Virus record (IMG/VR): IMGVR_UViG_3300036845_000721
Location: 32,001 to 96,000 of that record
DNA length: 64,000 bases
Strand: one strand, 5' to 3'
Source: a virus
Under the pieces are notes generated by a model. That model was not told where the DNA came from, did no database searches, and saw nothing but the letters and a program-made list of their open reading frames with translations. The position numbers and the translations under genes were made by a program. Every line of letters begins with the position of its first letter. The stretch's first letter is position 1. Below, piece by piece: positions 10,201 through 16,693 of the stretch.

Positions 10201-11605
10201 CAAGACCGACGAGCTGTCCCGGCTGGCCGCTAAGCACGGCGGCTACGACATGATCCCGGCCGACGATCCGGAGTACCTGGCCTACCTCCGCGGCGACCTG
10301 GACGCCACCCGCGGCGTCGCCGGGCAGCTGCTGCGGCACTACGACGAGGACGCCTACCTGCCGCGCGAGCACGAACTGGCCCGGATCGCCGGGCACATGG
10401 CGCTGAACGGGCTGGCGGTCGACATCCCGCTGCTGACCCAGCGGTACGAGGCCGGCGAGCAGCGCAGGCAAGACGCCCTGCAGGCACTGCACGACGGCTG
10501 GGGCCTGCCGCTCGGCCGGGCCGTGATGCGCGGGCGCGGTCACGCCCGGCACGAGGAGACCGAAGGGTTCACCGCGCCGCTGGCCACCGCCGAAGGCCGC
10601 GCCTGGCTGGCCGCCCAGTGGGAGCGGTACCAGGTCCCGGACCCGCCGCTGACCGCGAAGGGACTGCTGGCCATCGGCAGCGACGAGCTCGCGGTCATCG
10701 GCCGCGACCCGGACTGCCCGCCGGACCTGCGGGCGATGCTGGCGCTGATGAACATCGTCACCACCACCCGGTCGGTCTACCAGACCGCGCGGGCGTGGCT
10801 GTGCCCGGACGGCAAGGTGCACCCGAAGATCAGCTTCCGGCAGGCGTCCGGCCGCTGGTCGGTCACCGACCCCGGGCTGACCGTGTTCGGCAAGCACGAG
10901 GGACGGCACGTGGAACGGGACATCTTCACCGCCAGCGAAGGCCGGGTGCTGATGAGTTTCGACCTGGAGCAGGTGGACATGCGGGCGATCGCCGGGCACA
11001 GCCAGGACCCGGCCTACATGGAGCTGTTCAGGCCCGGCCGCGACGCGCACTCCGAGATCGCCGCCCGGGTGTTCGGCGAGGCGCCCCGGGACGCGAAAGG
11101 CCGCCACCCGATGCGCCAGCCCGCGAAAGCCCGGGGCCACGGCTGGAACTACGGGATGGGTCCGGACCGGATGATCCGCGACGGGGTCGACCCGGACATG
11201 GCCTACGGGTTCGACAACGGGATGAAAGCCGCGTTCCCGGTGCTGTGCGACTGGCGCGAGGGCATCCGCGCCATCGCGGCGGCCGGCGGCATCCTGGACA
11301 ACGGGTTCGGCCGCCGGATGCGCGCCGACCCGCGGCACGCGCACACCGTCGCCCCGGCGCTGATGGGCCAAGGGGGAGCCCGCGACATCATGGGCCAGTG
11401 CCTGCTGCAGATCGACCCGGCGCTGCGCCCGTACATGGTGCTGCAGGTGCACGACGAGGTAATCCTGGACGTTCCGGAGGGCGATGCCGGGGAGGCCGCC
11501 GCCGAGGTCCGCCGGGCCATGACCTGGACCTGGCGGGACGTCCCGATCCTGTGCGACCAGGCCGGCCCCGGCCGGTCCTGGGGCGAGCTGTCGGGGGACA
11601 AGTGA
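7262..11605 (+). CDS. fused Toprim primase / P-loop (SF3-like) helicase / family A DNA polymerase with 3'-5' exonuclease (~1447 aa)
   Basis: Toprim IIAEGTKQ, MLDADA, GKDGIDDFL; Walker A GLQPGVGKG, Walker B VWFDE, LATGN; exonuclease FDLETG, GHNILGFD, YLRGD; PolA motif A SFDLEQVDMR, motif B RQPAKARGHGWNYG, motif C LQVHDEV; no internal stop in the ORF track. Confidence 0.9.
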   Translation: MMADLMPPPVAWLSDIHRAYLNEHAVTDEIIATARIRSEGEVIVFPWRDSDLVTEQRRVWPEPEDGLPEGMPKYWWEAGHSPHLWAVRPVTGLPASAPVIIAEGTKQSLAVASWAPLEYAVYGMPGCDIGLVSMLQRAGLDRFGGHPVVIMLDADAAENLNVYEAGEKLAELLDLEGAAAIAFTRLPAQGKDGIDDFLGLVEPEGRRTEVLAKLLSRAEPKPAGRRPVRRPVSEEPPDTGGLPAVTVNKNRREVIHEILWHLQQRWNGTELFCYGGALTRLRETATEPLEEGAFLRWMVEAVCPVKYTPAGPASPARYEPTWPDQQTVKALLSSGDEFAPLTRVSRTPFIRADGTVCAKNGYDPASQTMLITGNSGMDQLDIPHEPTQQQAITAAGYLLDEWLGDMPFRDRASRAGALALVLTQFIRGLVPLAPLAVISGLQPGVGKGLLADCVQLMIAGEAAPPLPWSQVDDEENRKQITSAFKAGANLVWFDEAHQIESLALSRAITSLTYADRILGLTKQVSWPNQVTWLATGNQVAASSDMARRAYWIELYPDVPDPENRPESDFSHPDLRGWTLDARPRLITEALTVIRAWYAAGRPPHSRGLLMGSFETWDKMMSGILAYAGIDGFLGNLAAKRAERDVTGGYWAEHVAWLRAQFGAGEFAAQDVKIRAAGSGGAWDAPPRLEDLSREGWTRVLGQAYARNADRWYGQFRLHRSGEGFGHSARWTIQQRGEETALPAPRDNTLPDLGGGNRGNESGPPANGSFAAPTANETLPELGGYGNGGTEMRSPATETMPELGGLPENSGFGGTGGTTTPGVHVRAGAGAHARVTREGDFVPLAPPVPPNPPVAGTGPVLGFDLETGEAGKLFTYTPHDETGYVRLAGITGPSGANMITGVPQLLAMLGMARRAYGHNILGFDGLALARWAGADWDWFCDRAVDTELIARQAFPPRSRESGTSADKLGLDAVAALLGLSGKTDELSRLAAKHGGYDMIPADDPEYLAYLRGDLDATRGVAGQLLRHYDEDAYLPREHELARIAGHMALNGLAVDIPLLTQRYEAGEQRRQDALQALHDGWGLPLGRAVMRGRGHARHEETEGFTAPLATAEGRAWLAAQWERYQVPDPPLTAKGLLAIGSDELAVIGRDPDCPPDLRAMLALMNIVTTTRSVYQTARAWLCPDGKVHPKISFRQASGRWSVTDPGLTVFGKHEGRHVERDIFTASEGRVLMSFDLEQVDMRAIAGHSQDPAYMELFRPGRDAHSEIAARVFGEAPRDAKGRHPMRQPAKARGHGWNYGMGPDRMIRDGVDPDMAYGFDNGMKAAFPVLCDWREGIRAIAAAGGILDNGFGRRMRADPRHAHTVAPALMGQGGARDIMGQCLLQIDPALRPYMVLQVHDEVILDVPEGDAGEAAAEVRRAMTWTWRDVPILCDQAGPGRSWGELSGDK
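9503..9805. repeat. iteron-like repeats inside the helicase-polymerase linker
   Basis: ACC(C/A)TGCCTGA(C/G)CTGGG at 9503, 9590, 9653; GGGAAC at 9524, 9533, 9622, 9697, 9706; inverted GTTCCC at 9636, 9782, 9800. Confidence 0.55.
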
Positions 11606-11814
11606 GGACCCGGCCGTTCATGCGGGCGCACTTCGCCTGCGACCCGGGCGGCTGCGGCGCGCGGCCGGGTGAGCCGTGCCTGAACTACACCGGGCGCGGC
11701 GGCCGGTACGGCGAGCCGGTGGAGGACGTGCACGCGGCCCGGCTGCGGAAGTTCCGGGCCTGGACCCGCGCTGAGCAGCAGCTGGAATCTTCCGGCCGAT
11801 CGGAGAATCAGTGA
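11602..11814 (+). CDS. small Cys/His (zinc-finger-like) protein
   Basis: C...C.ARPGEPC...H..R pattern; GTG overlaps the polymerase stop. Confidence 0.55.
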   Translation: MRTRPFMRAHFACDPGGCGARPGEPCLNYTGRGGRYGEPVEDVHAARLRKFRAWTRAEQQLESSGRSENQ

Positions 11815-12452
11815 ACGATCAGGATCAGGCTGTGCTGGACGGCAGCATGGGCGCCTGGGAGCGCAGCCGCCCGCCCGGGATTCTCCGGCAGGCACGGCTG
11901 CTGCCGCCCGGCATGCGCTGCACGGCGTACTGGTACTCGGCGCGCCGGGGGCTGCCGACAGCGATGTGCTGCCTGCTGGAGCTGGGATCGCGGGCGGCGC
12001 ACATGGCCCGCCAGGCGGGGCAGGCCACGGTGCGCGTTGCCGAGGGTCCGTTCCTGGTCAACACCTGGCCCGAGGAGTTCTGGGACGCCGCCGCGGCCAC
12101 GATGGACTGGCGCTGGACCGCCTGGCAGTACGCGGCCGGCGCCCGGATGCTCGTCGGTGACAGCAGCGACGCCGAGTTCACCGCCTGCCTGGACCGCTAC
12201 GGCGCCGAGCTGGCCGCGGGCTGCGGGCTACCCCGCCGGCCCGGCCCGGACGGTGAGACGTGGCCGGACTGGATCTGGGGCCGGGTCTCCGGCGCGATGG
12301 CGAACAACGCGGCCGAGTACGGTGACTGGCACCTGGGCAGCCAGGACCTGGACGAGCTGCTGAACGGCGCCGCCTGCGAGATCTACCGGCAGCCGGTCCC
12401 GCGCGGCGACCCGGAGCACCCGCACGGCTACTGGGAAGCCGGCGACTACTAG
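11811..12452 (+). CDS. hypothetical protein
   Basis: Coupled start; GGAG RBS supplied by the palindrome arm at 11800-11805. Confidence 0.6.
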   Translation: MNDQDQAVLDGSMGAWERSRPPGILRQARLLPPGMRCTAYWYSARRGLPTAMCCLLELGSRAAHMARQAGQATVRVAEGPFLVNTWPEEFWDAAAATMDWRWTAWQYAAGARMLVGDSSDAEFTACLDRYGAELAAGCGLPRRPGPDGETWPDWIWGRVSGAMANNAAEYGDWHLGSQDLDELLNGAACEIYRQPVPRGDPEHPHGYWEAGDY

Positions 12453-12461
12453 GCTGGGGCC

Positions 12462-13379
12462 ATGGCACTGGTAGCGCGCGGTTACGACTGCTCGTGGGAT
12501 CCTCCCGACCAGCAGTGCATGAAGAACGCCGGGTACGCGTTCATGGTCCGGTACGCGTCACGAGACCCGTCGCAGGCAGGCAAGAACCTGACCCGGGCCG
12601 AGCTCGATTCAGCGCTGGCGAAGGGCCTCGGGGTCTGCGTGGTCTGGCAGGATTCCAAGTCGCAGATGAAGGGCGGCTACTCGGCCGGCACCTCGCACGC
12701 CGGCAGCGCGGACTCATTCGTGCGGGGCCTGGGCCTGGGCGGTATCCCGGTTTACTTCGCGTGCGACTTCGATCCCGTCTCGTCCGACTGGGCCGCGGTC
12801 GACGGCTACTGCGACGGGGTGAAAGCGGTGCTCGGGAAGTCCCGGGCCGGGGGATACGGCGGTTACAGCTTCATCAAGCGCGAGCTGGACGCGGGCCGGA
12901 TCACCTGGGCCTGGCAAACCTACGCTTGGAGCGGCAGCCCGACGACGTGGGACGCCCGCGCCCAGATGCGCCAGGTGAAAAACGATTACGCCCGCTGTGA
13001 CGGCTACATCGATGACGACGAGGCGCACGCCGCCGACTACGGCCAGTGGCCCCGCCCGGCCGCCGCCGCCCCGCAGCAGGCCGAGGCACTGGACCCGGTG
13101 TGCCTGCCGCCCCGGGCCGTGTCAGGCCGGCAGGTCTCCGTCTGCCTGAACGGCCCGCACCGCGACTTCGGGATCTGCGTGGACGCCTCCGTGCTGCAGG
13201 GCTCGGTGCACATCCGGGCCGCGCTGCACCTCATCAGCGGCGGCTGGCACGTCATCCAGGTCTACGCCGACCCCGGGCACGACCGGGTGGTGGTCAGCCC
13301 GCCGTCGCCCTACGACGGCGCCAGCCTGCACCGGCAGGACGACCAGCCGGTGGACGTCTGGCCGGTGTTCACGGCGTAA
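12462..13379 (+). CDS. DUF1906 / GH25-like peptidoglycan hydrolase (Rv2525c-like) with C-terminal unknown domain
   Basis: GYD.S, FMVRYAS, KNLTRAE, VVWQ, PVYFACDFD, GGYG, WAWQTYAWS, DDDE pattern of this TIM-barrel family. Confidence 0.85.
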   Translation: MALVARGYDCSWDPPDQQCMKNAGYAFMVRYASRDPSQAGKNLTRAELDSALAKGLGVCVVWQDSKSQMKGGYSAGTSHAGSADSFVRGLGLGGIPVYFACDFDPVSSDWAAVDGYCDGVKAVLGKSRAGGYGGYSFIKRELDAGRITWAWQTYAWSGSPTTWDARAQMRQVKNDYARCDGYIDDDEAHAADYGQWPRPAAAAPQQAEALDPVCLPPRAVSGRQVSVCLNGPHRDFGICVDASVLQGSVHIRAALHLISGGWHVIQVYADPGHDRVVVSPPSPYDGASLHRQDDQPVDVWPVFTA

Positions 13380-13381
13380 CG

Positions 13382-13606
13382 TCAGCCGTCCTCTCCGAAC
13401 AGCCGGACCAGGGCGCGCCCCAGCTCGGCTGCCTCCTCGCGCGGCATCTGGAACTCGCCCCGTTCGGCGCCCGCCGGCCCGAGTACCGCGAACCGGATCG
13501 TCCTGGTTTCGAGCCTGGGCGGCATCTCGCTGCCGTCCGCGTGGTCATCCACCTGGACGGCGAGCGTCCTGCCGCCCTCGCAGGCGGTTTCCTTGACGGT
13601 GATCAT
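13382..13606 (-). CDS. hypothetical protein
   Basis: ATG after CAGGAGACA header (13611-13619). Confidence 0.65.
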   Translation of the reverse strand: MITVKETACEGGRTLAVQVDDHADGSEMPPRLETRTIRFAVLGPAGAERGEFQMPREEAAELGRALVRLFGEDG

Positions 13607-14163
13607 GTGCTGTCTCCTGTTCTGGTGATGGTTAACTGAATCGCCCGGACCCGCTGCCATACCGGCTTCGGCTCGGCCAGCCCGGCCTGGATCAGCTTGG
13701 TGCGCCGGTCGCCGAGCGTCCAGGCGACCGCCGCGGCCAGGTTGAGGCAGCCGTCGGCAGGCAGCGTGACGAACTGCCGGCAGACCGCCCGGATCCCGGT
13801 GTGCTGTTCCTCCTCCAGCGAGCCGTCCTCCGGCCCGAACACGTACAGCGCATTCTCCGGGTGCTCGAACCAGGCCAGGTCCTGCGCGGTGCGGCTGATC
13901 TCCACCGCGACCGGCTCCGTGCCCGGCGGGAACTCCTCCAGCCAGCGGTACGGGTCCGCCGGGAGCAGCTGCGTGGTGTACCGGGGCATCCGCTCCTCGC
14001 GCGGCAGCCGGCTCATCGCCCGCCACTCGGCTTCCGCCCGGTTGCCGGTGTACCACAGCTGCGCCACGCCCAGGCAGGCGCAGGTCCGCAGCGCCTTGCC
14101 GACGTTCCCGGCTTTTTTCGGGTCGATCAGCAGTACCGCCGGCGTGATTCCCTGGCTGGTCAT
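13603..14163 (-). CDS. SpoU/TrmH (SPOUT) family RNA methyltransferase, stand-alone catalytic domain
   Basis: LIDPKKAGNVGKALRTCACLG (motif 1), VAVE, YVFGPEDGSL (motif 2), FVTLP...CLNLAAAV (motif 3). Confidence 0.9.
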   Translation of the reverse strand: MTSQGITPAVLLIDPKKAGNVGKALRTCACLGVAQLWYTGNRAEAEWRAMSRLPREERMPRYTTQLLPADPYRWLEEFPPGTEPVAVEISRTAQDLAWFEHPENALYVFGPEDGSLEEEQHTGIRAVCRQFVTLPADGCLNLAAAVAWTLGDRRTKLIQAGLAEPKPVWQRVRAIQLTITRTGDST

Positions 14164-14558
14164 GACCGTACCTGCGTCCGGTCGTACAGCGGGACGTACT
14201 GGCCGATCATCGCGTGCTCCCGGCAGCCGGTTTCGGAGCACGCGATGAACCGCCCGTTCTGGAGGTGGGCCAGCCGCTCGCCCAGGCAGCAGGCGCAGGA
14301 CGGCCGGGCGTGGATGTGCTCGGCCAGGCAGCCGACCGTTACCGTGAAGATCGCGTAGTGGCGGCACGGCCCGTCGCCAGCCAGCCAGGCTCCGCACCGC
14401 CGGGCCGGGTCCGGGCCGCCCAGGAAGGCCTGCAGCGTGACCGGGTAGCCCGGGTCCTCCCACGGGTCCGGGTCCTCCCAGTATTCCGCGATCTGGCTGA
14501 TCTGGCCGTCGCAGCCGGCGGCCAGCGTCTCCAGCAGCGTTTCCGTGACGGTGATCAT
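14160..14558 (-). CDS. Cys-rich hypothetical protein
   Basis: CAGGAGACA header at 14564-14572; several CxxC-like pairs. Confidence 0.65.
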   Translation of the reverse strand: MITVTETLLETLAAGCDGQISQIAEYWEDPDPWEDPGYPVTLQAFLGGPDPARRCGAWLAGDGPCRHYAIFTVTVGCLAEHIHARPSCACCLGERLAHLQNGRFIACSETGCREHAMIGQYVPLYDRTQVRS

Positions 14559-14693
14559 GGTCGTGTCTCCTGTTCGCTTATCCTGACAGTGCCGCAGCGG
14601 CATGGTTAACCGCCAGTCTCGTGCGGTGCCGGTTTCGGGGACGGAGCCATCTGCGGCCGTCCATTCCGGGCCGGGGCCGCACGGGACGCCAGC

Positions 14694-14939
14694 TCATCCG
14701 GCGCAGTCGATGACCGTCATCGGCCAGTACCGGGCGACCTCGGTCGCGCCGCCGTCCCGGACGTGCAGGATCTCCCAGCCCGTGCCGACGGGCAGCCCGC
14801 GAATGTGCTGCGCTAGCTCCCCGGGCAGGGTGAACCGGCGGGTGGTCTCCGGGTCCGGGTGCGGATAGCCCCGGATGATGTACTCGTCGCCTTCGCGGTC
14901 CGGTTCCATCAGCGTGGACTTGCCGTCTGCCATGATCAT
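14694..14939 (-). CDS. hypothetical protein
   Basis: RBS and overlap with upstream gene. Confidence 0.55.
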   Translation of the reverse strand: MIMADGKSTLMEPDREGDEYIIRGYPHPDPETTRRFTLPGELAQHIRGLPVGTGWEILHVRDGGATEVARYWPMTVIDCAG

Positions 14940-15208
14940 GATCGCTCCCCCGCCGTTACGGGTTCCTCGGCCGCCGCCTTGTCCGTGGGCCGCCAGTGGT
15001 AGGCGGAGCCCGTGCCGATGTCGGTGACGAAGCCGCGCGCCTGCAGGTGCGTGAGCTCGGCGTTGGCCGTGGTCCGGCTGAGCCCGGTCGCGGCCGAGAC
15101 CTGGCGGGTGTTCACGGTCCGGCCGGCCGCGGCCAGGCGGCAGACTGCCCGGTAGATGTCCATCTCCCGGCCGGTCAGGTACTCGGCGCCGTCCTTGAGG
15201 TACGTCAC
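14936..15208 (-). CDS. winged-helix HTH DNA-binding protein (LexA-N-like)
   Basis: REMDIYRAV...NTRQVSAATGLSRTTANAELTHLQARGFV. Confidence 0.75.
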   Translation of the reverse strand: MTYLKDGAEYLTGREMDIYRAVCRLAAAGRTVNTRQVSAATGLSRTTANAELTHLQARGFVTDIGTGSAYHWRPTDKAAAEEPVTAGERS

Positions 15209-15534
15209 GTGCTGCCTCCTGTCTCGGATGTCCCGGTCGGCGGCGGCCCGTAGGCGCAGACCGAGATGTGTGCGTACAGCTGGTCCCCGGCCGCGATCGC
15301 GGTCTGCTGGTCAGCGGTCAGCGGGACTATCTGGTCGGTGGTCAGCGCCCGGGCGTTCCTGGCTTCCGCGTCGATCGTGGAGAAGACCTGGTACGGGGTC
15401 TGGACGGCCAGCCGGCCGGCGTCCCAGCCGGTGAGCATGGCCGCGTGCGCGATCGCCTCGGTCTCCAGCTCGGCCGGGGTGTGCCCGGTGACCAGGACCT
15501 GCTCGGTGATGAACCGGGGTGTGCGGTCTTCCAT
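15205..15534 (-). CDS. hypothetical protein
   Basis: Header at 15539-15547 and palindrome at 15555-15576. Confidence 0.65.
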   Translation of the reverse strand: MEDRTPRFITEQVLVTGHTPAELETEAIAHAAMLTGWDAGRLAVQTPYQVFSTIDAEARNARALTTDQIVPLTADQQTAIAAGDQLYAHISVCAYGPPPTGTSETGGST

Positions 15535-15633
15535 TGCCTGTCTCCTGTTCCTGAATTTTCCGGCTGACCGGAAAATCGTTATTCCCCCCTGCATTCAGGT
15601 TTCCCTGGCGGGAGCGGTCGTTATCGTGGCCGT

Positions 15634-16371
15634 GTGAGTGTCAGGTCCGGGCCGGGCGCCGCGCCGCGCGGCCACCGCTGGGAGCGGTTCGCCCGGATGG
15701 TGGTCGCCCGTTACGGCGGGCTGTGCCATCTCTGCGGCCATGGCGGCGCCCGGCAGGCCGACCACGTGATCTCGGTGGCCGACCGGCCGGACCTGGCCTG
15801 GGACATGTCCAACTGCCGGCCCGCGCACGGCGCGCCCGGCAACCCGTGCCCGGTGTGCTCCCCGAAGGCCGGCAAGCCGGTGAACTGCAACCAGCTTCGC
15901 GGCCCGATGAGTATCGAGCGGGCGAAGCGGATCATCGCCGAGCTGACCGGCGGCGGCCAGCACGCCCGGCCCCAGGCCCGGCCGGAACCGGACCCGGGAG
16001 CCGGGCGCGACTGGTTACGCCAGCTTGTCCATGTCCGGCGTTGCGCGGAATGCCTTGAAGCCGATGTTGTTAGCTCCGCACGCGGACAGCGGGATGCCGA
16101 GTTCTCCGCCGAAGTTGCCGGCCCCGTTGGGGTTGTAGTCCATGATCACCTCCTCCCGAGAGTGCCGGGCGGGCCGTACCGGACCGGGTCCGGGACTTTC
16201 GCCCAGTCGATGCGGATTGTTACCGCGTCATGGTCGCCCTCGGTGTCGGGGGTGATCACGATCGCGTCCTCGGGAAGCGAGTTCAGGATCCAGTCCAGCG
16301 CCAGTCCGGCACAGACCCGCTCGCTGGCGATCTGGGTGACGCCGGGTTCGTTGCGGCGCAGCTTCCGGTAG
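15634..16371 (+). CDS. HNH endonuclease, opposite to the surrounding genes; the conserved part probably ends near 16014
   Basis: CHLCG...ADHV...DMSNCRPAH...CN; the tail overlaps two minus-strand genes antisense. Confidence 0.75.
   Translation: MSVRSGPGAAPRGHRWERFARMVVARYGGLCHLCGHGGARQADHVISVADRPDLAWDMSNCRPAHGAPGNPCPVCSPKAGKPVNCNQLRGPMSIERAKRIIAELTGGGQHARPQARPEPDPGAGRDWLRQLVHVRRCAECLEADVVSSARGQRDAEFSAEVAGPVGVVVHDHLLPRVPGGPYRTGSGTFAQSMRIVTASWSPSVSGVITIASSGSEFRIQSSASPAQTRSLAIWVTPGSLRRSFR
16015..16143 (-). CDS. 42-aa peptide MDYNPNGAGNFGGELGIPLSACGANNIGFKAFRATPDMDKLA
   Basis: Translated by hand; strong RBS GGAGGAGGTGATC-ATG; coupled to the stop of the upstream gene. Confidence 0.6.
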   Translation of the reverse strand: MDYNPNGAGNFGGELGIPLSACGANNIGFKAFRATPDMDKLA

Positions 16372-16427
16372 GTGGTGAGCCGGAAGCTGACTGCCGGGAC
16401 TGTCTCCTGCTGGCTGCTGGTTGTCAT
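16146..16427 (-). CDS. hypothetical protein
   Basis: CAGGAG RBS; coupled to neighbours. Confidence 0.55.
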   Translation of the reverse strand: MTTSSQQETVPAVSFRLTTYRKLRRNEPGVTQIASERVCAGLALDWILNSLPEDAIVITPDTEGDHDAVTIRIDWAKVPDPVRYGPPGTLGRR

Positions 16428-16693
16428 CGCTGCTCCTGTCCTGATTGCGGCGGGCTGTCGGGCAGGTCCCGCACGTATCCGGCCTTCGTCCGCCAGCGGC
16501 GGTGGCAGGCACCGCACCGGCACTCGGACCAGGCCGACCGGGTGAAGTGGTAGCCGTTGAACGCGGAGCTGTTGCCCTCGCGCACGGCGACCCACCAGGA
16601 GGCCCGGTGCTCCCGGGCGCACTCCTGCTGGCGCTTGTGGTCTTGCTCCTGGATGCGCCTGTCGACGGCGGCCAGTGCCGGGTCGATGCTCAC
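16424..16693 (-). CDS. small Cys-containing hypothetical protein
   Basis: WSECRCGACHRRWRT motif; overlap coupling. Confidence 0.55.
   Translation of the reverse strand: MSIDPALAAVDRRIQEQDHKRQQECAREHRASWWVAVREGNSSAFNGYHFTRSAWSECRCGACHRRWRTKAGYVRDLPDSPPQSGQEQR

Noticed and set aside
1894-11452. Long antisense ORFs (1894-3660, 9323-11452, and similarly 57484-59889)
   Set aside because: They are shadows of well-supported genes on the opposite strand, typical of high-GC DNA
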